A DNA stretch of 27,300 bases from a virus (taxonomy: Duplodnaviria > Caudoviricetes): positions 1 to 27,300 of the IMG/VR virus record IMGVR_UViG_3300037424_000823. The stretch is one strand, 5' to 3'. Under the pieces are notes generated by a model. That model did not search any database, had not been told where the DNA came from, and saw nothing but the letters and a program-made list of their open reading frames with translations. The translations under genes and the position numbers were made by a program. Numbering within the stretch: the first letter of the stretch is position 1; the number at the start of each line of letters is the position of its first letter. Of this stretch, positions 8,031 to 18,691 are shown in pieces.

Positions 8031-10319
8031 TTACATTAATTCGTTGAAATAATTTTCATCATTAATTAAGATTAATCCAGTTTCATTTACCAAAAATTTT
8101 AAAGTTGCCTTATCAGGTGGAAATACTTCATATCCACTCCAATTATTTGCATTACTTTTAACAGGTTCATTTGTAATTGAATCAATAGCCATATAAATGA
8201 CTTGGTTTGTAATTTTGTCGGTTAATTGAAATATACCTCCTGTATTAAGCTGTACTAAATCCCATATTTCATTAGTTAAAGGAGCGCTAAATTCAATTTT
8301 AAACCCACTCAAAACAGGCATACCGAGACGACTATTAAGCATATTCCGATTCTCATATACTAATTCTGATTCACCATTTTTTATTGTACGCAAATCGGTG
8401 ACAAATGATGATTTTGAATAGACTAAATTTGATGATGGATATTTCCAAAGTCCAGAATTTAACCAAAACCCCCACCTTAATAGCGACCTGACCGGGGTAA
8501 GGTTCAAATTCATTGGGGTCGTTATAAGCGGTATCCCTTCAATAGTAGTAAATCCTTCTGTTGTCAATTGCATTAAATTGCCGTCAATGTCTTTTATTAA
8601 ATCAGTTATAAAAACATAATCATCATATTGGGTGTCGCGTGTTGAATATTCATCAATAGGGTATCTCCTGCAATATTCAACCGCATAACACGCTGTTTTA
8701 TACTCCGTTATAAGCTCTAATTTATTATCAACCGGTTTAATGCATGTTGCAAATTCACTTTTCCCACAATATTCTTCAAGTCCAGATGTTTCTTCGTAGT
8801 CAGCAACTTCACATCCAAATATTGCTGAATTAACAAATAAATCTGTATTAATTGTTTTTGTAAATGAACGCATCTCAATAGGAGGAACAACAGCTATAAT
8901 CGAATCATTAAAAAAGTATTCCCTTTTTTCAATTCTAACTTTATATATTCCGTCAATTGTATCAATCGACCAACCAAGGCATTTGTTTTTATTATAAAAA
9001 TCAAATAATTTTTCAAAAGTAAAAGTAAGTTGTGCAACCTTATTCGTGTCAGCACTTTCTGAATCAATAACATATCCCGCTGGAAAATTACGTAATAGCA
9101 TTCCATCTGTAAGTCCAATATACGCGAATTCGCCATCTTCATCATAACCTAAATCAGTCCTGCCAAATATTTGAGCATAAAGCCCGTCTGCGATTCCAGT
9201 TATTGATTCAATTACTCTGGTAAATGCCTCATGAGGTAATACATATTTCGAAAACGTAGTATTATATTTGTCGGCATAATCAAGCGATATAATACTATTT
9301 GGGTTAACTGTAAAACTACTCTGAGCAAAAAGTCCACTAGCATAATGATAAACAGAAATTAATAGCCCCTCCCGAGGTAAAAGGTTAATAATGCTATTTG
9401 TATTGAATTCGTAATTCCATAATGGACCACTTTCGTGATGAATAGTGTAAACGTGTTCGCACCTGGCAAGAATTGGGCTTCCATTGACATCAAAAGCCAT
9501 CTTATACAAGTCAATGTACAAATCCCATGTGTCTGGCAATAATAAAGTACTTCTGTGATTAAATTTTAGGTTAATATTATAGCTAACTTTTGCGTATCCA
9601 TCTGTATAAAAAAAACAATCATCTTTAACGGCAAAAGCAGGAACAGAACCATAAGCCGCATCAACTGCTTTTTCTGCTACATTTTGAATCAAAGGACTGT
9701 TGTAATCAGTTGAGATTCCAACTATTACATTCCTATTATTATCGTCAGAAGCATATGTTTTTTGGTCAAATGTATAAGGTATGCCTTTATCTGCGACATC
9801 TATTCCGAATATTTTAGCAGTTTTATATCCATCTGTATCATGAAATGTATTTCCGTCTCCAAAATCAGAATCAATTGAAGGGAAAGGGGTAATTGTACCG
9901 CCATCTATTGTTTCTAGCCTATCATAAGGAACTTCAATTGATTTACGGGCGGTTAATGTTTGCTCGAAACCTGAACTAATCAATGCTATTTTTATGCCTT
10001 TACCATTTTCGGTTGTGAATGAGAATTCTGTAAAATCAAATTTCATTAAAGGTTCTGCCTGATAGATTCCTGTTTTAGTATTCATCTTTTCGGCTTTAAA
10101 TTGAACATCTGCATTAATCCCATCCGATTCCCATATTGAATTCAATAATTTAAACCCATCTTTTACGAATACCATATCCGCCGTAAAAGTTCTAAACAAG
10201 CCAATTGCGCTTTCGCTTCTTTTTAGCGTGCGATTTCTATCATCCCATCCAATTGGAGCATGCTCTAAAACAGTTGTTTCAGAATTATAAATTATTGAAA
10301 ATCGATTAATATGTTTCAT
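8031..10319 (-). CDS. Putative tail tip/hub protein
   Basis: 762 aa, overlaps the tape-measure stop (ATGA); call based on gene order. Confidence 0.55.
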   Translation of the reverse strand: MKHINRFSIIYNSETTVLEHAPIGWDDRNRTLKRSESAIGLFRTFTADMVFVKDGFKLLNSIWESDGINADVQFKAEKMNTKTGIYQAEPLMKFDFTEFSFTTENGKGIKIALISSGFEQTLTARKSIEVPYDRLETIDGGTITPFPSIDSDFGDGNTFHDTDGYKTAKIFGIDVADKGIPYTFDQKTYASDDNNRNVIVGISTDYNSPLIQNVAEKAVDAAYGSVPAFAVKDDCFFYTDGYAKVSYNINLKFNHRSTLLLPDTWDLYIDLYKMAFDVNGSPILARCEHVYTIHHESGPLWNYEFNTNSIINLLPREGLLISVYHYASGLFAQSSFTVNPNSIISLDYADKYNTTFSKYVLPHEAFTRVIESITGIADGLYAQIFGRTDLGYDEDGEFAYIGLTDGMLLRNFPAGYVIDSESADTNKVAQLTFTFEKLFDFYNKNKCLGWSIDTIDGIYKVRIEKREYFFNDSIIAVVPPIEMRSFTKTINTDLFVNSAIFGCEVADYEETSGLEEYCGKSEFATCIKPVDNKLELITEYKTACYAVEYCRRYPIDEYSTRDTQYDDYVFITDLIKDIDGNLMQLTTEGFTTIEGIPLITTPMNLNLTPVRSLLRWGFWLNSGLWKYPSSNLVYSKSSFVTDLRTIKNGESELVYENRNMLNSRLGMPVLSGFKIEFSAPLTNEIWDLVQLNTGGIFQLTDKITNQVIYMAIDSITNEPVKSNANNWSGYEVFPPDKATLKFLVNETGLILINDENYFNELM

Positions 10320-13225
10320 CTGCTCATTCGTTCGTGTCTCTTAATATAACGAGAATCGTATCGATTTATAATATTAATTGTAGGTTCGTTCTTTTTATCA
10401 ACTAATTTGTCAAGATTTAGCACCATTTTATCTAATCTTTTTTCAATTCCACCGTTACCGTTCATCGTTATATCATTGTAGATAGCTGAATTTAACAATC
10501 GTTGTGTTTCTTGTGCTGTGCTAATCTTTTCTCCTCCCTGCAAATTAACCAATTGTTTATTTTCTGCTAAATATGCGCTACCGTCTTTAGATTCAATCAA
10601 CTCTGCCCCTCGCTCGGCAATCCACGCCAATCCAGCAGGGGCATTTTCTGTCCCTTTAAAGAATCCAGGGACTTCTGGTAAAGGTTCAGAGGCTATAACT
10701 CCTGCTGCTAATAATGACGAACCTAATAAAAAAGCCAATTGTCCATAAGCCATCGCAATTACAGGAGCGTAAATAACTGGGCCAGCGGGTCCTAATATTG
10801 TAGATGCTGCACTTGCTGCTGCTATACTTGCTTTTATTTCTAAAGCTCGCTGTGTTGTTGTTATTGCTAAATTGAACAATGCCTGATTCCTTTCAGACTT
10901 TGCTTGTTCGCGCTCTATTTGAGCTTCTTTTATAGCTAATTCTCGTGATAATTTTTCTTGCAAATCAGAATTACCCTCTGCCGCGGTTATTTTAGCATTG
11001 TAATTAGACCGAATTCCTTCGAGTTCCCTGTCTCTCTGTGATTGCCCTAAATCAAATATAGTGTTTACAATTTCAGCACTTTGATTGAAGTAGTCATTCT
11101 CAATATCATGAATCTGTTGCGCGGCATTTTTTTTTGCTTCTCTTATTTTATCTTGTAATTTTAATTCCTTGTCTGCTGAATCTTCAATTTTTTTATCATG
11201 CTCAGCAATTATATCATTGATATAATCTTGTGTATTCTTTTCTATTTTTTTCTTTTTATCAGCAACATCTTGTCTTAATTTTATTTCCTTTTCTTGCTGT
11301 AAAACAAACCAGTTATAATTTAATTCATTGTCTATTTTTTCTGGATTAACCCTAATTGAACTTTCTGTATCTTTTTTTGGTTTAATATTTGAAATAATAG
11401 TCTTGCTCCCGTTTAATAAATCAATATATAATTGCAGAGATTTAACTTCTGCTTCCCAATAAAACGATTCTTGAACATTTGTATCCGCCGTATCTTCAAC
11501 AAACTTTTTATATTTAATTAGTTTTTCATTTTGTTTATCTAATTCAGATGTTAACATTTCGCTTCTTATTCTTTCAGCCTCTTCGAGTGACGTAACAGAT
11601 TTAACGGCTTCATTTACCGATTCATTATAATACTTAAATGCATCATCAGCCTCTTTTGTCGCTTTAATATCTGCTCTTTCTAATTCAGTTAAATTTAATT
11701 TAGTCAACCAATCAATCAATGAAGTTACGTTTTGTGTTATATTTCTAAAAACACGACTAATAGTGCCTTGCCCTTTATCTAATCCTAATATAAATGTTTC
11801 CCATTTAACAGATAATTTAGTAATATCACCAGCTAAATTATCATTTTGAATTGATTGTTGTTCAAAAGCCGTATTGGTTCCTGTTACCGCTTTTGTCAAT
11901 TCATTAAACTTATCCTTATTTTCAATAATAATCTGCCCTACCGTAATGTTTTCAGCTCCAAATATTTTAGATAAATATGCATCTTTTTCTAAATTTGAAC
12001 CCATTGTCGCTAATTTTGAATTAACTTCATCAATTGCATCATTAAGATTAAATTGACCACTTGCATATCCTAATCCAGCTTGTTTTAATTTTAAAAGCGA
12101 TCCTCTTAATTTTGTTCCAGCTTCTGCTCCTTTTATCTGTTTTTCACCTAAAACCTCAATTAATGCGACCGTTTGTTCAAGAGTTAAATTTGAACTTTTG
12201 GCAACTGTTCCAGCATTTTTAAATGATTCAGTCAAATCAGCAACATTTGAACTTCCAACCAGCGATCCAGCCGCCAAAACATTGATTATATCTTTTGATT
12301 TAGATGCTGGTAATTCAAATTGATTCATGGCGGCTGTCAATGCGTCAACAGAACCTTCAAGTGCTAATTTTCCGCCAGTTGCTTCTGATAAAATAATAGC
12401 TTGTTCGGTTACATCTGCTAATGCTTTTTTATTTTTTAACAAAATAGGGGCCGCTGATCCTACTTTTTCATAGGCTTTTACAATATCTGTTGCGGATTGG
12501 AGTGTTTTGCCCGAGGTTTTAATTGCCGCGGCTCCATAATAAATCATATCTAACGTCGATGCCCCTGTAATTGCTTTTAATGAACTCATTGCCGAGCCAA
12601 ATTCTTTTACAGTGCTCATTACATTTTTAACAACACTAACAGCAGACCTGAATGTTAAAAATGCGGCTCCTGCTGCAATTGCAGACTTAATAATTGCACC
12701 AAAATATCCACCTACTTTTCTTTGATGTTGACCTAAACTACCATCAATGTTTTTTAACTCTTTCCCGTATTTATTTGCTTCTAAGGCTGCTTTTTTTGCT
12801 TCTGTTGAATTAATCCCATATTGGGCGGCCAAGGTTTTTGCGGTTTTAATCGCTTGCTTATGCTTTAATTCTAATTGTTTATACGCATCATCTTCCGCTT
12901 TAATCTGATCTGTATATGCTTTTTTTGCTTCACGTTCTTTTATTGTAGATTTAGTCAGTTCTTTTAATGAAGTATCTTGAGCTGCAATTAATTTGTTTCG
13001 CTGATTTAATAATGTTTCCCCTTCTTTTTCGATTAAATTTTGTGCTGATTTTGTTTTGTTAAGATTTTCGTTTGTATCAGTCAAACCCTTTACTGAGTTA
13101 AGCTCTTTCGTTGATGTTTTCTGTAGCTCAATAATAACTTTGATGCGTTCAGCAGTTTCTTGAAGTGAAGCATTTAATTTATCAACTTCTCCAATCGTTT
13201 TATTAATATCGATGTTATTTGCCAT
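10316..13225 (-). CDS. Tail tape measure protein (TP901-family core)
   Basis: 969 aa, helical and Ala-rich. Core motifs FGSAMSSLKAITGA, INVLAAGS and IKGAEAGTKLR; C-terminal FKGT...AWIAERGAELI. Confidence 0.9.
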   Translation of the reverse strand: MANNIDINKTIGEVDKLNASLQETAERIKVIIELQKTSTKELNSVKGLTDTNENLNKTKSAQNLIEKEGETLLNQRNKLIAAQDTSLKELTKSTIKEREAKKAYTDQIKAEDDAYKQLELKHKQAIKTAKTLAAQYGINSTEAKKAALEANKYGKELKNIDGSLGQHQRKVGGYFGAIIKSAIAAGAAFLTFRSAVSVVKNVMSTVKEFGSAMSSLKAITGASTLDMIYYGAAAIKTSGKTLQSATDIVKAYEKVGSAAPILLKNKKALADVTEQAIILSEATGGKLALEGSVDALTAAMNQFELPASKSKDIINVLAAGSLVGSSNVADLTESFKNAGTVAKSSNLTLEQTVALIEVLGEKQIKGAEAGTKLRGSLLKLKQAGLGYASGQFNLNDAIDEVNSKLATMGSNLEKDAYLSKIFGAENITVGQIIIENKDKFNELTKAVTGTNTAFEQQSIQNDNLAGDITKLSVKWETFILGLDKGQGTISRVFRNITQNVTSLIDWLTKLNLTELERADIKATKEADDAFKYYNESVNEAVKSVTSLEEAERIRSEMLTSELDKQNEKLIKYKKFVEDTADTNVQESFYWEAEVKSLQLYIDLLNGSKTIISNIKPKKDTESSIRVNPEKIDNELNYNWFVLQQEKEIKLRQDVADKKKKIEKNTQDYINDIIAEHDKKIEDSADKELKLQDKIREAKKNAAQQIHDIENDYFNQSAEIVNTIFDLGQSQRDRELEGIRSNYNAKITAAEGNSDLQEKLSRELAIKEAQIEREQAKSERNQALFNLAITTTQRALEIKASIAAASAASTILGPAGPVIYAPVIAMAYGQLAFLLGSSLLAAGVIASEPLPEVPGFFKGTENAPAGLAWIAERGAELIESKDGSAYLAENKQLVNLQGGEKISTAQETQRLLNSAIYNDITMNGNGGIEKRLDKMVLNLDKLVDKKNEPTINIINRYDSRYIKRHERMSR

Positions 13226-13823
13226 TCTTTTTTGCCCTTTCGTTTGCTGAAATCATTTGATTGTAATAACTGACAAATTTTTTAACGGTAGTCTTGTTTT
13301 CATCAATCTGAAATTTTATAAATACCTCTACGGCTGCTATTGTATCTGTAAACGATCCTCCTTGCTGCTGATATTTTTCAAGGTCCTTTTGTAATCTGTT
13401 AATCTGATTTAACTTGTTGTTTAGTTGTTTTTTTACGCGAATAATTTCATCTCCTATATTTTTAGAATCATCGAAACGATAATTGTAGTCATTAATTGTT
13501 TTTATAAAATATGTTAAATCAAACTTATCTTCAAAATTAATCAGATTGCAATTGTAAAATTCCTGAATTGCAAACAAACAGTTATTTATTATTTGATATT
13601 CTGCACTTAAAATGTACAACTGCTTTTTAAGTGCAAATATCATGTTATTGCTTTTGCTTTTCAATGCGTCTGTATATTGATCATATAAATGCAACCAAGA
13701 TTTTTCAGCTTCTGTTTCAATATATTCTCCAGAAATTTGGATAAACTTGTAATCATTTTCGTTTATTACACCCTTAAATACACTCAAAGGGCAGTGCTCA
13801 ATATTATCGTAATATTTGTTCAT
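13215..13823 (-). CDS. Putative tail assembly chaperone
   Basis: Helical protein directly upstream of and overlapping the tape measure gene; gene order only. Confidence 0.4.
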   Translation of the reverse strand: MNKYYDNIEHCPLSVFKGVINENDYKFIQISGEYIETEAEKSWLHLYDQYTDALKSKSNNMIFALKKQLYILSAEYQIINNCLFAIQEFYNCNLINFEDKFDLTYFIKTINDYNYRFDDSKNIGDEIIRVKKQLNNKLNQINRLQKDLEKYQQQGGSFTDTIAAVEVFIKFQIDENKTTVKKFVSYYNQMISANERAKKNGK

Positions 13824-14241
13824 GCAGTTTATTAAAAAATAATGGTTTAAACTTCTCTTTTAATTTATCAATACTTTCGTCTGTTAAACCTAAAAATTCT
13901 CCATACTTTTGTGTCAACTCATCAACTTTCCAATTTTCTGAATCTAATATTATGCTTGTTCCGACTACGCTTGTAAAAATTGATTTGTGTAATTCTCCAG
14001 TGTCATATAGTGTTACATATTCATAAATTCCGCTAATACCTGATTTATTGCTTTTGATTATTTTTGTTATGGTAGCATAATCAGGCGACAATTGTGAACC
14101 ATCACTTCTCTGCCCTTTATCAGCCATTTGTTTCCGATTCAAATCAGCTATAAACACTCCCAAATCATTTTCCATTATGTCGGTCACGATTTGCCAAATA
14201 TCTAACCCTTTAATATTGCTATATATCTGATCTAAATTCAT
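13804..14241 (-). CDS. Putative tail completion/neck protein (HK97 gp10-like)
   Basis: TLYDTGELHKSI matches the DTGxLxxSI motif of phage neck/tail-completion proteins. Confidence 0.55.
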   Translation of the reverse strand: MNLDQIYSNIKGLDIWQIVTDIMENDLGVFIADLNRKQMADKGQRSDGSQLSPDYATITKIIKSNKSGISGIYEYVTLYDTGELHKSIFTSVVGTSIILDSENWKVDELTQKYGEFLGLTDESIDKLKEKFKPLFFNKLHEQILR

Positions 14242-14244
14242 TTG

Positions 14245-14267
14245 AAAAAGGGAGGACTAAACCTCCC
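14245..14267 (-). terminator. Rho-independent terminator after the major tail unit
   Basis: GGGAGG-N6-CCTCCC hairpin followed by TTTTT on the minus strand. Confidence 0.6.
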
Positions 14268-14424
14268 CCTCCTTACCTTTTTTTATCTTCGGCTGTTTAC
14301 CGGTCACAGCCTCATAAAGTTGACATTGTTCTGTAAAACTCAACTTAGAAATATTTGTGTCTTTACAAAATCTATCGAATGTAACTTCTAAAGCCCATTC
14401 TTTATTTACATTTTCAAGCTTCAT
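14257..14424 (-). CDS. Small hypothetical protein (55 aa), absent from the ORF track
   Basis: Read by hand: MKLENVNKEWALEVTFDRFCKD...KGKEGEV*, starting 2 bp after the major tail stop and filling the gap. Confidence 0.6.
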   Translation of the reverse strand: MKLENVNKEWALEVTFDRFCKDTNISKLSFTEQCQLYEAVTGKQPKIKKGKEGEV

Positions 14425-14426
14425 AA

Positions 14427-15317
14427 CTAAGCGATTGTTACCGTTGCGGCAATACCTTCATAGTATTCAGAGCCAACAGTTACCACATCAGCTAAATTAA
14501 TAGTCCCAGTCACTAATGCTGTTCCGGCCAATGTATATCTGCCTGGAATTGTCGTGCTTTCAGTTACAGAGCTTATTGTTTGAGCACTTGAATCTGATGC
14601 TTTTAATAATTCAAATTCAGCAGGTAATGTTAATCCTTCGATTGCAGACCCGTCCTCGTTGTTTAATACGTCAACAATTATTTCAGTTGCGGTTGGAGTT
14701 CCAACAACCTCAATTGCTGCCTGTTGAACACCATTTAATCCTTTAATGTTCCAATCGACTTTGAATGTTGCAATATTTTCGTTTGTTTCAAATGCCGATT
14801 CCGACATGAATGTAATAATTGTAAAAGACAGATTTGATCCATCTGAGGGTTTCCACTTCTCAACTCGCAAAGTGCCAGAACTCCATCCCTTGAATTTTAA
14901 TACATCTTTTGTGCCAATTACATTATTAACAGCGTCAACTTGAATTAATCTCATTGTCTTTCCATTAATTCCAGCTCGCAATCTGGCATGTAATGCAGGG
15001 TTAAATTTAATCATGTATTTAAACCCATGTTTCCCTTCACGAACAAAAGTTCGCAGCGAGGTTATCGGAGATGTGTAATAAGTGTCTTCTTCACTTTCAT
15101 TTGAAAATTCTTCAACAAGTGGAAGTGGAAACAGTGTTTTTGCTGTAATTGCCGATACCCAATCGGCTAAAGTTTGCGCGGATGAAATAGTATCGAATTC
15201 AAACGCTTCATCAGTAAGAAATATCTTTTCTGCTGCACCAATTTGTACATCAGCGCGAGGACTAATCCCAGTCGTGAGATTTGCGTCCGAAAGTTCAAAT
15301 CTGTTGTAATCTGCCAT
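14427..15317 (-). CDS. Major tail (tube) protein
   Basis: 296 aa, acidic and beta-rich, with an Ig-like Thr/Val-rich C-terminus; lies between head-tail genes and the tape measure. Confidence 0.65.
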   Translation of the reverse strand: MADYNRFELSDANLTTGISPRADVQIGAAEKIFLTDEAFEFDTISSAQTLADWVSAITAKTLFPLPLVEEFSNESEEDTYYTSPITSLRTFVREGKHGFKYMIKFNPALHARLRAGINGKTMRLIQVDAVNNVIGTKDVLKFKGWSSGTLRVEKWKPSDGSNLSFTIITFMSESAFETNENIATFKVDWNIKGLNGVQQAAIEVVGTPTATEIIVDVLNNEDGSAIEGLTLPAEFELLKASDSSAQTISSVTESTTIPGRYTLAGTALVTGTINLADVVTVGSEYYEGIAATVTIA

Positions 15318-15415
15318 AATTGTATATTTATTAAATTAATATTTGATATTATTGTTTAAAACTTTAATTTTTTCAATTTTAATATTTGCAATTAATTCTG
15401 TTATTATTGTTTTAT

Positions 15416-16096
15416 TCATGTGAATAAAACAGCTACATCAATTGGGTCATTTGCAATTATAATCTCTTTAAATTCGACAATGATTGCATCAAGTTCGTCT
15501 GGTAAAGGATTCCCTGCTATGTATAAATTATCTACAAATTCACGTTTAATTTTGCGTTTATTAGCAACAACAACATTTGCGCTTTCACACATCCCATCTA
15601 ATATATTGTCTAAAATTGGATTTAAAATACTATCAAAGTTGTTATCATATCGCTCATCTGAGTACCATTCATAACTAGTATTGTTAACAATAATTAACCT
15701 GAAATCACATGAATAAGCTCCTATCTTGCTGTCATTTCGTTTAAATGGATGTGACAATAAAACAAGAGGGTATTTCTGATATTTATAAGTTTGCTGACTA
15801 TTTTTTTCAGTCAATATTTGAAAAGCCTTTAATTCTTTTTCGTGCATAAAATAAGGCTTGTTTTCGCTCCATGTAGTTTCTATTGTTTCAATTTCGAGGG
15901 TAAAACTTGCGGCATCAGCACGAATAATAGGAACATCTTGGTTATCAATAGTTATATGACATGGTATTGTAAATGAATTAGGCGAGTAATAAGTAAACGT
16001 TCCATCTCCGTTATCGATGTATGTTGTTATGTTACCAGTTTTTCTTTTGCTGGCAATAATATCAGATATGACGGTATGTAATTGTTTAAATGCCAT
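15416..16096 (-). CDS. Putative tail terminator/head-tail joining protein
   Basis: KYPLVLL motif and position immediately upstream of the major tail gene. Confidence 0.45.
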   Translation of the reverse strand: MAFKQLHTVISDIIASKRKTGNITTYIDNGDGTFTYYSPNSFTIPCHITIDNQDVPIIRADAASFTLEIETIETTWSENKPYFMHEKELKAFQILTEKNSQQTYKYQKYPLVLLSHPFKRNDSKIGAYSCDFRLIIVNNTSYEWYSDERYDNNFDSILNPILDNILDGMCESANVVVANKRKIKREFVDNLYIAGNPLPDELDAIIVEFKEIIIANDPIDVAVLFT

Positions 16097-16589
16097 ATGA
16101 ATATATTTTCATTTGTTCGGTATCTAAATCTGGATAATCGCTAGAATTTTCAATCAAAAAAGAATAAACTTGTCTATATAAAAGAACCATGTCATTCCAT
16201 GCTTTACCATATTTCCCTGCAATACTAACATTTTCAGAATTATCACTATTAGGACGAATAGCTCCTATCCCGGTTAATTGAGTTTGATTATTTATGCACC
16301 ATTCGCAAAAGGTATAATTTGCTATAATATTTTTTACACCAGGATTTTCTTTTTTTATTCCATCAACTTCATAAGTTGAACCATCCCGCAAATCAATCCA
16401 TTTTTGCAAAATAGTAGCTTCATCTAGTCCTATTTCGAAATTAATATATTCGTGGTATCCTAATAATTTAATCAAAATATTTTTTTGGCAAGGAGCTATA
16501 TATACAGTATTGAAACTAGTTATATCTTTGTCAATATTAGGTATATTGATTGCCCCTTTAAAATCGGTATATGTGATTAAATTGTTCAT
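16086..16589 (-). CDS. Putative head-tail adaptor/connector
   Basis: N-terminal LITYTDFK and LIKLLG motifs, helical; first gene after the capsid-unit terminator. Confidence 0.55.
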   Translation of the reverse strand: MNNLITYTDFKGAINIPNIDKDITSFNTVYIAPCQKNILIKLLGYHEYINFEIGLDEATILQKWIDLRDGSTYEVDGIKKENPGVKNIIANYTFCEWCINNQTQLTGIGAIRPNSDNSENVSIAGKYGKAWNDMVLLYRQVYSFLIENSSDYPDLDTEQMKIYSYGI

Positions 16590-16601
16590 TATTTTAGTGT
16601 G

Positions 16602-16622
16602 AAAAAGGCGGCATTAACCGCC
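16602..16622 (-). terminator. Rho-independent terminator after the capsid unit
   Basis: GGCGG-N6-CCGCC hairpin followed by TTTTT on the minus strand. Confidence 0.65.
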
Positions 16623-16624
16623 CT

Positions 16625-16846
16625 TTAATTTAGTTCTTTTAACTTCTTTTTGTAAGCATTTTTAACAACCTGTCTTGTATCGTTTTCAAACTCTGATAAG
16701 ATTTCCAAATCAGTTACTAAAGCGATTTGGTCGGCTACCTGTCTTGCTGTAAGTTCTTCTTTTAAAGGTTTTGCAACCCCTACTTTTATCATAAGGGCTG
16801 CAAGTTTTCCTTTAAATACTTTCCCTGTCTTGGAAACGCTTTCCAT
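16625..16846 (-). CDS. Small head-module hypothetical protein
   Basis: 73-aa ORF tightly packed in the capsid transcription unit. Confidence 0.6.
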   Translation of the reverse strand: MESVSKTGKVFKGKLAALMIKVGVAKPLKEELTARQVADQIALVTDLEILSEFENDTRQVVKNAYKKKLKELN

Positions 16847-16847
16847 G

Positions 16848-17309
16848 TTAATTTACTTTTCCATAAATGTAAATTCGTGGAATATTTACACCGGTTCCAG
16901 CCTGAATATAGATGAATTTTACATACGGGAATAATGCATCCGAATATGTAAGTTCCTCACTGTCTAAAATATCTGCGGTAATAGAAGCAACGGTAATGGA
17001 ATCAGCATCAGCGGTAACAACATAAGTAATGCCGTCTATTGATTTATATGATTTCAATTTTCCAGTTGCAGTCCCGGAGACGAAGTCATTATAAATCTGA
17101 GCCTTAATATCCATCGTCTGATCTCCTTTTATGCGCAAAACATAAGTGAGAGTGTCGGCATCTGTCAAGGTATCAGAAGTTGTTCCGCCTAAATAGACGT
17201 ATGATGCTCCAACTAAGTATCCATTCGGAGCTACTTCTGTAACTCTTGTTTGAGCTATCGAAACCATAACTGTTATGGTTAACGACAATAGTAATAATAC
17301 TTTTTTCAT
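16848..17309 (-). CDS. Capsid-adjacent beta-rich protein with a Sec-type signal peptide
   Basis: MKKVLLLLSLTITVMVSIA-Q followed by a Thr/Asp-rich beta domain; directly after the major capsid gene. Confidence 0.6.
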   Translation of the reverse strand: MKKVLLLLSLTITVMVSIAQTRVTEVAPNGYLVGASYVYLGGTTSDTLTDADTLTYVLRIKGDQTMDIKAQIYNDFVSGTATGKLKSYKSIDGITYVVTADADSITVASITADILDSEELTYSDALFPYVKFIYIQAGTGVNIPRIYIYGKVN

Positions 17310-17320
17310 TTTACTTCAAA

Positions 17321-18691
17321 TTAAACTGATTTATCAATTTGACCAACAGCAGTCGCTAAACTTGCTGCATAAATAACTGCTGCTTTATCGCGCACTCCAA
17401 AAGCCAGGCGAACTTTAATAACAACGGTTTTTTGACCTTCCGTCAAATCTGTGCCATTATGCCCAATTTCCATTGTCATGTCCTTACGCTTACCAATCAT
17501 AAGCTGTTTTGAATCACAAACAACCACGGCATCGGTGGCAAAAGCGGTTGCAGCGGTTTTAATAACTCTCATCCCGCAAATGAAGGTAGGCTCCCCAATT
17601 GAGGAATAAACTACCCTCCGGTCAGATATACTGTTATCTAATTGGTCTTTTTTAGAACCAAGTTTAGACACCGCCAATGGTCCTAAAACAACTACATCTG
17701 GCATGTACTTGTTGGTCTCACATTGCAATTTCATTGTCGCAATAACATCAACTTCATTTGCGGCATCAATAGAGGTAGCGTAAGTAGTTGCCCCTGCAAA
17801 ATCAGTCTTTTTATTGGCAGTCAATAAACCAGCGATTGCGCTGGAATCGTCTCCGGCAGTTCCTAAAATATACCCGTCAACTTTATCGAGTATTTTTGAA
17901 GGTGCGGTAACGGCCAATTCTTCCATTGCCTCATTCAAATCATCCAGCGTTTCATCTGAAAGTGTAAAATAAGTTGCAATGTAGAATGATTTGAATTCTA
18001 CTGTTTTCAAAAGGAAAGATGATTGGCCAGAAGCCGACCCCTCCGTTTTTGTTGCAGCCCCATCTTCATAGGAATAAACGACCAAAATGGACATGTAAGG
18101 CTTTTGGGTAGTTTTTGACGGCATCCAATCTGTCACGTGAGGGTATAACGTTAAAGGAATACCTACACGCTGAGGGTCAAGCTCGGTTAAACGAACGGTA
18201 GCTACGTTTGATTGCACAATTGATGATTCGAGCATATCAACAGCTACTTTTACCGTAAAAGTAGGGCTTGTTTGATTCCCTTTGTCAGTAAAATATTCCT
18301 TCATTGATTTACGTTGACCGTAATCATCATTCTTTTCGGTCAATAGACCAGCCACGCCTTCTTTTTCAATTACGGCATCAATAAGGGCATCCTTAAAGGT
18401 TTTAGGGTTTTCCCTAAATTCTTTTGATGTCTTTTCTGTAATTGCCTTAATGGAGGCAGCGTTTTCAGCGGATACAGCAAGTAACTTATCCACGTTTTCC
18501 TTTAATGCCAACATTCCGGCATTATCTAATTTTTCGGCAATAGTTTTGTTAACTGCCTCAATTCTTGCGTTCAATTCCTTTTCGGTTACTGTTTCTTTTT
18601 GGGATTCAGTAATTATGGATTTTACTTGCAATGTCACTTCTTTTAGCAGGGATTCTTTTTCTGCGGCTGCTTTTTTTTCTTCTTCGTCCAT
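17321..18691 (-). CDS. Major capsid protein (HK97 fold, N-terminal coiled-coil scaffold domain)
   Basis: Charged coiled-coil N-terminus, TEGSASGQS, TLSDETLDD and C-terminal VRLAFGVRDKAA; follows portal and protease. Confidence 0.85.
   Translation of the reverse strand: MDEEEKKAAAEKESLLKEVTLQVKSIITESQKETVTEKELNARIEAVNKTIAEKLDNAGMLALKENVDKLLAVSAENAASIKAITEKTSKEFRENPKTFKDALIDAVIEKEGVAGLLTEKNDDYGQRKSMKEYFTDKGNQTSPTFTVKVAVDMLESSIVQSNVATVRLTELDPQRVGIPLTLYPHVTDWMPSKTTQKPYMSILVVYSYEDGAATKTEGSASGQSSFLLKTVEFKSFYIATYFTLSDETLDDLNEAMEELAVTAPSKILDKVDGYILGTAGDDSSAIAGLLTANKKTDFAGATTYATSIDAANEVDVIATMKLQCETNKYMPDVVVLGPLAVSKLGSKKDQLDNSISDRRVVYSSIGEPTFICGMRVIKTAATAFATDAVVVCDSKQLMIGKRKDMTMEIGHNGTDLTEGQKTVVIKVRLAFGVRDKAAVIYAASLATAVGQIDKSV

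Noticed and set aside
13215-14424. Programmed frameshift in tail assembly chaperone genes
   Set aside because: I could not identify a convincing slippery site joining two frames upstream of the tape measure gene.
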